DNA of 64,000 nucleotides from Nitrosopumilaceae archaeon (lineage in GTDB: Archaea > Thermoproteota > Nitrososphaeria > Nitrososphaerales > Nitrosopumilaceae). The notes below the pieces were generated by a model. It ran no database searches. It saw only the letters and a program-made list of their open reading frames with translations, and had not been told where the DNA came from. Location of the stretch: the NCBI GenBank assembly GCA_965214835.1, contig CBDCCK010000002.1, forward strand, positions 3,145,352 to 3,209,351, in the 5' to 3' direction. The translations under genes and the position numbers were made by a program. This document shows, piece by piece, positions 1-9,399 of this stretch. Every line of letters starts with the position of its first letter. Position 1 is the stretch's first letter.

Positions 1-2
1 AG

Positions 3-356
3 TATGGTAGGATTCAAAAAAACATTGCAGACGCACAGGCAAGACTCAACGAAACCAGCGTAAGAAGGATAGAGGCCGAGGATCAGTACCAGGAGATCAT
101 GAAAAAAATAGACGTGGCATCAGTGGAGCTGGCAAAGAGGGCCGGGGAGGTGCCAGAACCGGAAGAAAAGGCATCCAATGCACAGGAGGATGCCCCAAAG
201 AGCGTCGTGGAGGCTGCAAGTGCGGTAGTGGCATCAATGAAGACAAAGCTGAGCATTGCAGAAAAGGAGCTGGAGGCAGTCAGAAGGCTGCTGGAAAAGG
301 AAAGGGAGGATCATGAAAGGACAAAAAAGGAGCTGGAAAGGCTGGGCAGGCGGTGA
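3..356 (+). CDS. Hypothetical coiled-coil protein, 5'-truncated at window edge
   Basis: The frame is open from position 3 (YGRIQKNIADAQARLNE...) into the 99..356 ORF. The sequence is E/K/R-rich and heptad-like. Confidence 0.6.
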   Translation, partial: YGRIQKNIADAQARLNETSVRRIEAEDQYQEIMKKIDVASVELAKRAGEVPEPEEKASNAQEDAPKSVVEAASAVVASMKTKLSIAEKELEAVRRLLEKEREDHERTKKELERLGRR

Positions 357-1047
357 TCCGGCCGTGTGCCGGTGCCGCACACGGTTGTATGATAAAGGAT
401 GCCTGTCGGACGGCATCTTGTGATCCAGGACACCCAAGGCATGTCTTATGTAGACCAGTCCATCTACCTGCCACGGTGGAAATCCTGCCGGGTTCCACAG
501 GTGAGTATATGCAAAGCGCCAGTATTGCCACAGGCAGCAAGAGTGGCCGTGTCCTAGCAGGCGCCCCGTGCGAAAAGCGACATGCCCGGGGCCAAGCACG
601 GGCCACCATCCATCCGTCAGACAAATAGCGGTTTTGAAGGAACAGGATGCCTTGCCGTCCTGCATGTAAGAAACGCAACCCAAAAGAAAACCATCGATCC
701 AAAGCTAGGGCATGGACATACCAAGTCATCGGCCTTCCGGAATCGGTGCGTGGTCTACGCACACCATACTCCAAAAGCCAAAGAACATGGGGGCATGCCC
801 TGATCAAGCAGGTAAGGCACGGGGTTCTTTCCTTGGATTCGGTGGGTTATGGCTTGCAGAACCCTTTTTTGCAGCAGCCCGACGGATGGCGCGAGCTGCC
901 ACCTGCCGAGCCATGCATCCAAGTACCAGCAGGCTCGACAATGAAAGTCACAGCTGGGAAGGTGCCGGGATGCCAGATTTTGTGTGCTCTTCGGATTGCG
1001 CAGGTCATTCCAGTACAGGAGGCAAAGATGCAAGATTGAAAAACAGC

Positions 1048-1494
1048 CTAGCCAGACAGCAGTCTTTTCATCCAGACTTTGCGGATTTGATCCTCGGACA
1101 TTCCCAGATCATAAAGAGGGGATGTCACCTCGCTGGCTTGATCAACTGAGACCAGCACTATATCCAGGATGTCGCTTTGTATGCCCAGCTGGTGGTAAAA
1201 GGACAGAATTTTCTCATACAATCCGCCCTTTTCCAGTACATGCCCCACCCCCCTGAACCGGTATCCCCGGCGTGACAGGGGATCAACCACGTTGATTTCC
1301 AGCTGGGGGTTGGACTGCAGGTTGGCCACGGTCTGTGGGGAGCGGATGTTTGCAAAGACCAGGTGGTCCTCGTCCCAGGCAAAGACGGTTCCCTTGGGCG
1401 ACAGGTTGGGGGATCCATCGGCAGATACGGTTGCAACATACCCAAGTCTTTGCTTCAAAAGAAAGTCCCTGACGGCGTCAGCAAGCATGTACAC
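1048..1494 (-). CDS. Pyridoxamine 5'-phosphate oxidase-like FMN-binding protein
   Basis: Motifs YVATVSADGSPNLSPKG, TVANLQSNPQLEI and GYRFRG are typical of the PNPOx-like split barrel. Confidence 0.85.
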   Translation of the reverse strand: MYMLADAVRDFLLKQRLGYVATVSADGSPNLSPKGTVFAWDEDHLVFANIRSPQTVANLQSNPQLEINVVDPLSRRGYRFRGVGHVLEKGGLYEKILSFYHQLGIQSDILDIVLVSVDQASEVTSPLYDLGMSEDQIRKVWMKRLLSG

Positions 1495-1524
1495 ACTAGG
1501 AATAATCGGTAAATAAGGATGAGA

Positions 1525-1623
1525 CTATCTCATGAATTCTGCCGCTATCCCATAAAAGAAGTAAAATGCAATTCCGCCGCCGATTATTCCCACCCAGATT
1601 GCAATGTTTTTGGCCTTGCCCAT
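1525..1623 (-). CDS. 32-aa single-TM microprotein (not in ORF track)
   Basis: Manual translation gives MGKAKNIAIWVGIIGGGIAFYFFYGIAAEFMR*: basic N-terminus plus a hydrophobic helix, co-oriented with its neighbours. Confidence 0.55.
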   Translation of the reverse strand: MGKAKNIAIWVGIIGGGIAFYFFYGIAAEFMR

Positions 1624-1661
1624 TGTTCCCTCTTAAAAATAGGCATTATTGAGTGTAATTG

Positions 1662-1769
1662 TCACCTGGCAGGATCATGCAGTTTTCCAATGTGCCTTGC
1701 CAGCCCAATGACGTCATCTCCAAAATCTCTGCCGCAGAACTGGCAGTCGAACCGAAGTTTGCCGGACAC
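1662..1769 (-). CDS. 35-aa C2H2 zinc-finger microprotein
   Basis: GTG start; (M)SGKLRFDCQFCGRDFGDDVIGLARHIGKLHDPAR has CxxC...HxxxxH. Confidence 0.6.
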   Translation of the reverse strand: MSGKLRFDCQFCGRDFGDDVIGLARHIGKLHDPAR

Positions 1770-1807
1770 TGATTGGATGCATATTTTGATGCTTAATAAA
1801 TTTTGAA

Positions 1808-1981
1808 TCATCCGTAGATCAGGCAGTGCTCGCACTCGCAGCTTGGGATTTTCTTGGCCTTTGCAAGGCAGTTCCTGTGCTGTCCGGCCTGGCACTGGAC
1901 ACATATATCATCTAGGTTCTCGACCTCGGTGTACTTTTTGGACTGATCAAACCCAAACCCTCCATCCTGCGGACCCACCAT
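1808..1981 (-). CDS. 57-aa Cys-rich microprotein (not in ORF track)
   Basis: Manual translation gives MVGPQDGGFGFDQSKKYTEVENLDDICVQCQAGQHRNCLAKAKKIPSCECEHCLIYG*. Confidence 0.65.
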   Translation of the reverse strand: MVGPQDGGFGFDQSKKYTEVENLDDICVQCQAGQHRNCLAKAKKIPSCECEHCLIYG

Positions 1982-2017
1982 GACAGGGCTCAGACCCTTC
2001 CAATATTTTTACCTCAC

Positions 2018-2108
2018 TATAGTGTGTGCAGCTGAAAATGGATCGCTTTTTATCGAAATAGTCGCGATATGTCGAAGCTATGATCGATTTTCTGGTGTGT
2101 GCGCCGAG
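2018..2108. mobile_element. MITE family E, degenerate copy
   Basis: Similar to the 11328..11422 element (tagtg..gcagctgaaaa...ttatcgaaa...gatc..ttt..tgtg.gc). It overlaps the 3' end of the next ORF. Confidence 0.55.
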
Positions 2109-2410
2109 TCAGTGGAGATCGATTCTGCAATCACATCCCGCAGCTCCCTCCTGTGCTCCTCAACAAGGCCGCGAATCTCAAATGCATCAACATAGCCGCC
2201 GGCCGACGCCCGCGTTGCCTTGAGGAGATAGTGCAGCGCGCCCTCCTCGATTTTCCCGACATAATAGCCATAAAGAAAGTCTATCGCGTTTTCGCACTTC
2301 CAGACTTGCGACGCCCCTGGAAGCGTCTGATTGATCTCTCCGGGAATGTCCCTGATGCGGTTTTTGATGTATCCGTCCAGTGATCTTCTAATCGAGGCGT
2401 CCTGAAGCAA
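2078..2410 (-). CDS. Hypothetical protein
   Basis: Likely TTG start; protein-like helical sequence (DFLYGYYVGKIEEGALHYLLK). Confidence 0.7.
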   Translation of the reverse strand: MLQDASIRRSLDGYIKNRIRDIPGEINQTLPGASQVWKCENAIDFLYGYYVGKIEEGALHYLLKATRASAGGYVDAFEIRGLVEEHRRELRDVIAESISTDSAHTPENRS

Positions 2411-2442
2411 TGCCAAGCTGTAGGTCTTGGTGGTTTTAAGGA

Positions 2443-2580
2443 TTAGCCGCGTTCCTCTGAGTCCTTTTTGCTGTCCCACATGTGCATGTTTCCACGAAGC
2501 ATGAAAGAGCCAACTACAATCGTAACCAGCCCGGCAGCAATGAACAAAAAGAACCTGCCGATGCTTTTGATGCTTGCCAA
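2443..2580 (-). CDS. 45-aa single-TM microprotein (not in ORF track)
   Basis: TTG start; MASIKSIGRFFLFIAAGLVTIVVGSFMLRGNMHMWDSKKDSEERG*. Confidence 0.55.
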   Translation of the reverse strand: MASIKSIGRFFLFIAAGLVTIVVGSFMLRGNMHMWDSKKDSEERG

Positions 2581-2645
2581 CCATCCTACTTGGATGGCGC
2601 AGTAATTAAACTGTCCAAGAATTCAAAAGGAGCCACGCCCGCAGC

Positions 2646-2774
2646 ATGCTGTTGAACTGCAACAACAAGGAGGCGGGGTGCTATCACTTGGACGCAGTGC
2701 ATGACGGGTGTTTTGGAAGATGTCTTGTAAGTGGCTGCAGGTGTAGGAGATTTCAAAGATCAGCATCCATGTGA
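2646..2774 (+). CDS. 42-aa Cys/His-rich putative metal-binding microprotein (not in ORF track)
   Basis: MLLNCNNKEAGCYHLDAVHDGCFGRCLVSGCRCRRFQRSASM*, with a CxH-x4-H...C-x4-CxCxxF pattern. Confidence 0.5.
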   Translation: MLLNCNNKEAGCYHLDAVHDGCFGRCLVSGCRCRRFQRSASM

Positions 2775-3522
2775 GCTCAAGTATTTTACAGGATTTCGTG
2801 ATGTGGGGAATGGCTTCCGCTAGTTGCTCCATTTCCAAGGGGATGATCGGATATGCATCCATTCGGGGCTCTCCCCCGGTACCACCTTCATCCATTTGCA
2901 CGGCTCCGCCCGCAGGATATGGATCTTGATTTTGTCAAAAAGGCACTTGGGCCACAGACGGAAGGTATTCTGGCAAGTCAGACGATGTAATCATGGAGAA
3001 AAAGTCCACAAAACCCCGAAGGGTAAAGGAACTATGAGATGATAAAATCAGGAGAAACTTGGTACCACATATGACGACGTGATGCTCCGGGTCAATGATC
3101 ATGGTACGGGATATACAGATGCGGATAAAATGAATGAAAAAATACTCAGGACATTCATCAAACCAAAGCCAATACGGGCGCCGACCTAGAACAAGGGGAT
3201 CAGGACACCGGCCGCACGCAAGATAATCCACAAGCTGGACGCCCTATACGCACTGACGTCAGGACGATGGCAGCATCCAGAGCCCGCTTTCCCAGGAGTG
3301 CGGCCACATCCGTAATCAAAGGGCCTGATGCCCTGGCAGCTGCCTGGGATGAATCTAAACACAGCAGGGGCGGCGATCCTTAGAATACAGGCAGGTTCTC
3401 AAAAAAAAGAGAGTGCGAAGAAGGCGAGGATAAAGACGGGATCTACTCTATCTGTCTTGGAGGCAGGGTGAAAAAGACGGGGATGGGAACATTGGCAGGA
3501 TCCGTAAACGTACCAATAATGT

Positions 3523-3605
3523 TATAGCAACGAGCAGAAATAATTGAGGTTTTTTACGTGTAGTTATGACCTGCTTTGACTCAAAGACTTCTGCCCGTTG
3601 CTATA
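3523..3605. mobile_element. MITE family A (83 bp including flanking TA; IS630-like)
   Basis: TIR TATAGCAACGAGCAGAA / TTCTGCCCGTTGCTATA. A near-identical copy lies at 16963..17045. Confidence 0.85.
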
Positions 3606-3613
3606 GCACGCAG

Positions 3614-4432
3614 ATGGATGATGCGCTGGAACATATGGTGAAGGGTATAGCCGATCCCGAACGTCCAGAAAGAAATGCTAGACCATTCTTCAAGGCTCGT
3701 GATGCATACATTCAACTGATACATGATATTGTGGCTGAAACGATGAAGGATGATGATGATCACATCAAAAAAATCAACGATGTGTTTGGCACATCATATA
3801 CAAAGGAGACGCATGAAAAAGACCCGAAGATACTTGGTTTCAAACTTCTTGAGAAAATCCGTACAGGCGAGTTCACATCTGATATGGACGATATTTTCCC
3901 CGGGAGCCTTGAGATGGCAAGGATTTCAGGGCGTATTAACCAAGAGTATGTAAAAGGCTGGGATGATGCCGATGTCCTATATCGTGGTACGAGGCTCAGC
4001 GAGGTCGACAACATGATTAATGATGGATTCGTTGGTAATCCCAAATATTACAAGGATGTGTTCATTCGAACAACCACAGTTGAAACGATCAGTGATTTCT
4101 TTGCCCGCAAGAATTGGTATACTCAGAATACCGATGGCTCATTCAACGAGCCGTGCCGTATTGAGTATGACAAGGATTATCTTGAGAAGCATGTGGTGAA
4201 GCAGGGATTTGGCTTTTTCAAGACCGGTGATTCACATGAGATCGACGAGCCGCAGGGTGGAAACTTCCTGCATGAGATGGAGTTCCGATTGCCACCCTCC
4301 ACACTCAAGGCCGACCCCAGCCGCATGGTACTCCATCTGGACAAGGATGTAGGCGAGGCACAGAGGGCCGTACATGCAAAGAAATACGGAATTTTTAAAA
4401 GACTTGTATACGATCTTACACGTGATGGATAA
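3614..4432 (+). CDS. Putative ADP-ribosyltransferase-like (R-S-E clade) protein / toxin
   Basis: VLYRGT (R), FIRTTT (STS-like) and HEMEFRL (ExE) occur in the canonical order. The ORF-track start at 3566 lies inside the MITE, so ATG 3614 is used. Confidence 0.55.
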   Translation: MDDALEHMVKGIADPERPERNARPFFKARDAYIQLIHDIVAETMKDDDDHIKKINDVFGTSYTKETHEKDPKILGFKLLEKIRTGEFTSDMDDIFPGSLEMARISGRINQEYVKGWDDADVLYRGTRLSEVDNMINDGFVGNPKYYKDVFIRTTTVETISDFFARKNWYTQNTDGSFNEPCRIEYDKDYLEKHVVKQGFGFFKTGDSHEIDEPQGGNFLHEMEFRLPPSTLKADPSRMVLHLDKDVGEAQRAVHAKKYGIFKRLVYDLTRDG

Positions 4433-4664
4433 ACAGCTGATACTTGCGGATCTAAAGGCAGCCGGAGGTAACAAGACCGAGGTCTTTGACCACCTCAGGG
4501 GGTGGCTCGATATAGAGAACACACCTCAACTGGACGAGTTGTACAAAATCATCGACGAGGCTCCGGGCCAGTGGAATATGAAGAATCCAAATACCGTCAT
4601 GGCGCAGATGCGGCGCGTGTTTGGAGAGCCTCCGCCCGGCTTTGATACGAGTCCGTATGAGTAA
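4425..4664 (+). CDS. 79-aa hypothetical protein, candidate immunity/partner protein
   Basis: The ATG overlaps the upstream gene end by 8 bp; the product is small, acidic and helical. Confidence 0.6.
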   Translation: MDKQLILADLKAAGGNKTEVFDHLRGWLDIENTPQLDELYKIIDEAPGQWNMKNPNTVMAQMRRVFGEPPPGFDTSPYE

Positions 4665-4770
4665 TCAGTTCAATTAAAGAAAAACACCGTTTACTATAAC
4701 GGTACCGTCAATTGTTAAAGAATCCCGTGACAACACCTAGGGTTCTGTGCAATCTTCGACACCTGAAATG

Positions 4771-4900
4771 GGTGCTGTCGCCTAATTCCGCCTACCTGAC
4801 TCAACCTGCACGTTTTTCTGAATTTCTGCCCTTTTGCACGCCTGATTCATGTGGCATCCCAGCGGTTTTCAGGAATTCTGATGAATTAGGCGACAACCCC
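4771..4900. mobile_element. MITE family B (130 bp)
   Basis: TIR GG(T)G(C)TGTCGCCTAATTC / GAATTAGGCGACAACCCC. Homologous to 38023..38152. Confidence 0.8.
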
Positions 4901-5089
4901 GGTTCCAGGATGCCGAGGCCGTCCTGGCAGAGGCGTTTGCAGATTACAACCAAGACAGGATCCACTCGGCGCTGGGATACATGACGCCGCACGAGTTTGC
5001 CCGGAAAATGCAGGAGGTGCCGCAAAAATGAGCGATGAGTGTGCATAAAATGTCGCCAAAATCGTTCCTACTTACAGGGGCCCACTCCA
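4901..5089 (+). pseudogene. IS3-family transposase C-terminal remnant plus right end
   Basis: FQDAEAVLAEAFADYNQDRIHSALGYMTPHEF matches the integrase-core YNxxRxHSxLGYxTP motif. The sequence ends ...GGGGCCCACTCCA (CA terminus). Confidence 0.8.
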
Positions 5090-5280
5090 GTGGTGTATGA
5101 AAAGGGATCTTACACTGTTGCAGGTTGCATGCGCGCTTCTCATGGCGGCTAGGAGAAACCTTGCAGAATGCGGGTTTGCCGGCCCTCCGCAGTAGGGCCG
5201 CGGTGGCCTTTGAAGGGTTAGATTTCCGTCTACTGGGGATAGAATCATAGTTTAATAACAAAGTGGTGCCAAGTAAAACC

Positions 5281-5595
5281 ATGACGGTAGTTGTCACAAG
5301 AATGCCGGGAGGAATAGCCCAGATATTCACGCCGGAAACAGGCAAGATCACGTACAAATGCAAGGGCGAGACGGCACTCATGGAAATCGAGGCGTTTGGG
5401 GGTATTGTAAAGTTCAACCAAAGGGGCTCCAAGGCAATAGTTTCAGGACCGGCAACAGAGCTGCAAGACTGCGAGGTAATCACACCCGAGGACAACAGAT
5501 ATCAAGAGGCCAAAAGGGCGGCGGCAGATGCGATAATTGCCTTCAAGGAGAGACAGGCTGCCCAACTTCAAAAAGAGGCCGGGGATCTCAGGTAA
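5281..5595 (+). CDS. Hypothetical protein
   Basis: Clean ORF preceded by an AT-rich TATA-like tttaataa; protein-like composition. Confidence 0.6.
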   Translation: MTVVVTRMPGGIAQIFTPETGKITYKCKGETALMEIEAFGGIVKFNQRGSKAIVSGPATELQDCEVITPEDNRYQEAKRAAADAIIAFKERQAAQLQKEAGDLR

Positions 5596-5886
5596 TAGCC
5601 TTCAAGGATCATGAGTGTGGTGGTCCCTCTCTGATAACGGCGGATTTTATGATGTGCTTTGTGGGATGCGGCAATACAGAAAAGCGGCTCATAATTAAAA
5701 ACCGTGTGGACATCTGGATTTTTCTATCAACCTGCCAAGCAATCTGGCAGGTGATGTGATTTTTGTGATCATTTTGATCCGTTTGGCGCATATCCGCACA
5801 CCAGTGAGCCAATCGCGCCAATTGCAAATCGCCCCTCAGACTGCAGCGATGCAGACTGCAGCAATGGGCACCCCCACAAAGATTTG

Positions 5887-5979
5887 GTATGTGGTCACGT
5901 CCCCCTGCTATCTAGGCACGAAAATCACAATCATGCATGCTGATTCGTGCCTGGCTGATGAGGGTAGGTGACCCCGTAC
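5887..5979. mobile_element. MITE family D (93 bp, IS66-type ends)
   Basis: TIR GTATGTGGTCAC / GTGACCCCGTAC, flanked by an exact 8-bp TSD AAGATTTG. Confidence 0.85.
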
Positions 5980-6153
5980 AAGATTTGCATCATCATTGCC
6001 AAATCAGGCTGTCGCGTTCTCACAATCATGCCCAGGCTGAAAGCCAGGCGGTCATCGGGCATGAGTTCTGCGTGTTTGAAAAATGCGAGATGGGACTGCA
6101 CTTTGGAATGGGCGAGGAACACTCCTAGCCGGCAGGAGACGTCTCCGGTACTC

Positions 6154-6981
6154 TCATTTTTTGCACAGGATGAGAAGATAATCTATGACGTTTTTTTCAG
6201 AGACAGCCCTCATCTTCCGGATGGACTTGTGGAGGATTTTTTCCACATAGGCAGGATATGAACCCAAAATGCTTTTTTGAATCATGGGGCGGTTCTGCTC
6301 GTAATAGTCGGCAAGCGGATCATAGACCATGGAGCCGATTTTTTCTACGTAGCATACATCAAGGCCCGCATCCCTAATTTGGGACAGCACATAGTCTTCA
6401 GAATAGTGCTCTGACGACCAGGTCATCGACAGCAGTCCTAGCTTGGCCAGGGAGAAGCCGCCTTTTGTCGCCACAGGAATTGCAATGGCAAGATATCCGT
6501 TACTTTTGAGGATCCTGAGGGATTCTGAAAGGAAGTCCCCGAGAGGCTTGAAGTGCTGTGCGGACTCGAGGGCCAAAACCCTGTCTACGGATGCGTTCCC
6601 AAGGGGGAGGGCGGTGGCCGTTGCGTTGATTCGTGAGGCGCCAGATGGGGAATGCGACAGCTGTTCAAGGCCAGTGTTTACTGAGAGGATATCAATCGGG
6701 TCGTATTCGGATCTCCATTGGGCAGCCGGTGCGCCGTATCCGCTTCCCACGTCTAAGACCCTTTGGCCGGATGACAGCCCTGCAAGACGTCCAAGCCTGC
6801 TGCAAAGCCTCTGCTGGGCAGAGACGGGGGTGGGCGTGGTCTCATCCCAATATCCAAAGTTAAGCATGTCTCCCCCGGCGGCCAGACGCATCAGGTCAGA
6901 CAGCGAGCTGTACAGGCTCACAACGTCCTTTTCGCTTCTGCGAAAGGTCCACAGGAACAGCCTCAGGGGGTTGACCTTCAA
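6154..6981 (-). CDS. Class I SAM-dependent methyltransferase (sterol/tocopherol MT-like)
   Basis: MLNFGYW, VLDVGSGYG (motif I), LPLGNASVDRV and LESAQHF. Likely TTG start at 6981. Confidence 0.9.
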   Translation of the reverse strand: MKVNPLRLFLWTFRRSEKDVVSLYSSLSDLMRLAAGGDMLNFGYWDETTPTPVSAQQRLCSRLGRLAGLSSGQRVLDVGSGYGAPAAQWRSEYDPIDILSVNTGLEQLSHSPSGASRINATATALPLGNASVDRVLALESAQHFKPLGDFLSESLRILKSNGYLAIAIPVATKGGFSLAKLGLLSMTWSSEHYSEDYVLSQIRDAGLDVCYVEKIGSMVYDPLADYYEQNRPMIQKSILGSYPAYVEKILHKSIRKMRAVSEKNVIDYLLILCKK

Positions 6982-7286
6982 GGTGATATAAGCAGAACCT
7001 GCCCCTATGTAATGACTGTGTTGTGCCACCGTATGCCGCTGAGATCTCCCACATGGGCATGTCCACACGGCTTAATGCATCACATCCCACAATGCCTGGG
7101 TTTTGACCTAGTGCCGGTGTTCAGTCCTCCCAATAGCTCCACACAAGACGGCTCCAAACACAAAACAACTAAAACTAGGTTGCCTGCAGAACCGCACATA
7201 GCTGCCTGCACCACCATGAATCGGGTTACATCCATGAAGACAGGACTAGGAATAACATTAATCTAGAAGAAACACACAGGTGTGCT

Positions 7287-7799
7287 ATGCGAGTGTCATC
7301 AAAACTAAAGAAACTACTAGATAACCAAATCGCATTAGAAGCAAATGCGTCAAACTACTACCTGACCATGGCATCATGGTGTGAGTTTACCGGGTATGAG
7401 GGGGCTTCTGCGTTCTTTTTCAGCCAGTCAGACGAGGAAAGACAGCACATGCTCAAAATCGTGCACTTTCTAAACGGCAGGGGCACCCCGGCGGAGATTC
7501 CCCAGGTCAAAAAAACCACAGACAGATTCAAGTCGCTGGAGGAACTGATGAAGACTTCCCTCAAAAACGAGCAGGCAGTCACTGCGGCCATTACAAAGAT
7601 GGTAGAGGCCGCATCCAAGGAAAAGGATCATGCGACGTTTACCTTTCTCCAGTGGTTTGTAAACGAGCAAATGCAGGAGGAGGAAAAGTTTGAGACCATC
7701 CTAAGAAAGTTCGAGCTGATTGGAAGGGACAAGCTTGCAATCAACGAAATCGACAAGATGCTGGGAGGCATGCCTGCAGAGGCAGACCCGGCACAATAA
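7287..7799 (+). CDS. ftnA: Non-heme ferritin
   Basis: Ferroxidase residues in QIALE, SDEERQHM, NEQAVT and FLQWFVNEQMQEE. Confidence 0.92.
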   Translation: MRVSSKLKKLLDNQIALEANASNYYLTMASWCEFTGYEGASAFFFSQSDEERQHMLKIVHFLNGRGTPAEIPQVKKTTDRFKSLEELMKTSLKNEQAVTAAITKMVEAASKEKDHATFTFLQWFVNEQMQEEEKFETILRKFELIGRDKLAINEIDKMLGGMPAEADPAQ

Positions 7800-8351
7800 T
7801 CATTTTTTGTATCTAAAGCAGCCCACAGTGTGATCATTTACCATGCCGATTGCCTGCATCAGGGCATAGCAGATGGTGGGACCCACGAATGTGAACCCGC
7901 GCTTTTTCAGGTCGGAGCTTAGCTGTTCTGATATGTGGCTGGTTGCAGGAATGTCAGAGTGTCTTTTGAAGCTGTTCCTGATCGGCTTGTAGTCTACAAA
8001 CCCCCAGATGTAGTTATCAAAGCTTCCAAACTCCTTTTGGATCTCAAGGAACTGCCTTGCGTTGTTGATTGCGGATCTGATTTTCAGCTTGTTCCTGATG
8101 ATGGCCTTGTCCCTCAGCAGCCGGGAGACGTCCCTTGGGGTGTACTTTGAAACCTTGCGGGGATCAAAGCCAGAAAACGCCTTTTTGTATCCGGGCCTGC
8201 GATTCAGAATGGTGGTCCAGCTTAGCCCGGCCTGGGCGCCCTCTAGGACAAGAAACTCAAACAGCTTGACATCGTCGTGCTGCGGGGTTCCCCACTCGGC
8301 ATCATGGTACCGGATGTTGGGTCCATCACTTGCCCAGGAGCATCGCCTCAT
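7800..8351 (-). CDS. tag: DNA-3-methyladenine glycosylase I
   Basis: RCSW, YHDAEWG, LEGAQAGLSW, IIRNKLKI, FVGPTICYA and GMVNDH. Confidence 0.95.
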   Translation of the reverse strand: MRRCSWASDGPNIRYHDAEWGTPQHDDVKLFEFLVLEGAQAGLSWTTILNRRPGYKKAFSGFDPRKVSKYTPRDVSRLLRDKAIIRNKLKIRSAINNARQFLEIQKEFGSFDNYIWGFVDYKPIRNSFKRHSDIPATSHISEQLSSDLKKRGFTFVGPTICYALMQAIGMVNDHTVGCFRYKK

Positions 8352-8437
8352 AGTAGGGTAACTGCAGGTTAGGATTTAAGATTTGAAAAGAAAAAAGTTG
8401 TAATAAAGATAACTTGCGTCGTCTAAATTAGATAGAG

Positions 8438-8629
8438 TTATGCCGTCTTCTTTACGTTAACAGCGCTTGGTCCTTTTGGTCCATCGCCTACTTCAAACTC
8501 TACCTTATCGCCGTCTCTAAGAAATCCATCTACGTTTGTCTTGTGTACAAAAAGATCGTCTCCTGATTCTCTCTCGATAAAACCATAGCCTTTAGTTCGG
8601 TTGAACCATTTTACGGTGCCTTGTTCCAT
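8438..8629 (-). CDS. csp: Cold-shock protein
   Basis: GTVKWFN, KGYGFI (RNP1) and DLFVH (RNP2). Confidence 0.95.
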   Translation of the reverse strand: MEQGTVKWFNRTKGYGFIERESGDDLFVHKTNVDGFLRDGDKVEFEVGDGPKGPSAVNVKKTA

Positions 8630-8743
8630 GTTGTTACTAGGCTGTAATACTCGTCAAATATTAACTAGAGTTTTGGTGCGGCCCTGGGCGGATCGGATTT
8701 TGTTCGTAAAACCTTAAAATTTGACTCGTTTTAGGTACATTCA

Positions 8744-9391
8744 GTGTCAGGCGAGGAAAAAACCAAGGCAGGGGCAGAATCCGCGGTGCCCGAGGCCCCG
8801 CTGCGATCAGAGCCGTCGGAGGGCTGGACCGCAGGGGAGATAGCGGCCCTTGCCGAGGCGCAGGCAAAAAAGGCAGCAGAGGCAGCAGCCAGGGCAAAGG
8901 AGGCGGCGGAGGCCAAGGCGCAGGAGGAGTACGAGGCGGCGGCCAAGGACGCATCAGAGGCGGCCAAGGACAGCGGCTTTACAAACAAGCGGGCAGGCGA
9001 GGTAATCTTCAGGAGGGAGATGGGGGAGCCGGAGTTTTGGCTTACAAAGGAGGGACTGATTCCCCCCAGGCCGGTACTTACGCCAGAGGAGGAAAGGGCA
9101 ATCTCACAAAGAGTCGAGGTTCCATCCGATCAGATTCCAGTGTACAATCCAGAGCACGTGCTCAGCCCAGAGTATGCGGGGATTTCAAACTATGAGATCG
9201 GGGTCGGCCGGTTCAGGGAAGAGATAGAGGAGAACCTAGCAAGGCTGAAATCTGATCCCGAGGCAAACGAGGATAGGATCAGGAGGGCAGAGGAGGATCT
9301 GCTCAAGATGGATACGCTGTATGAGAATTTTTACATAGGAATGAACGTCTTTCGTACCGCAAAGGGCGGAAGGGACAAGATCAGGAAATAG
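8744..9391 (+). CDS. Hypothetical protein, operonic with the HemA-like gene
   Basis: Ala/Glu-rich N-terminus and a globular C-terminus; 8 bp upstream of the next gene. Confidence 0.75.
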   Translation: MSGEEKTKAGAESAVPEAPLRSEPSEGWTAGEIAALAEAQAKKAAEAAARAKEAAEAKAQEEYEAAAKDASEAAKDSGFTNKRAGEVIFRREMGEPEFWLTKEGLIPPRPVLTPEEERAISQRVEVPSDQIPVYNPEHVLSPEYAGISNYEIGVGRFREEIEENLARLKSDPEANEDRIRRAEEDLLKMDTLYENFYIGMNVFRTAKGGRDKIRK

Positions 9392-9399
9392 GTGAGGAC

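Noticed and set aside
357-1040. Several overlapping 70-175 aa ORFs
   Set aside because: No motifs, and compositions typical of shadow frames; probably decayed intergenic DNA.
2780-3520. Possible N-terminal part of the ART-like gene
   Set aside because: The region has stops and no continuous frame that I could join to 3614; it is an unidentifiable remnant.
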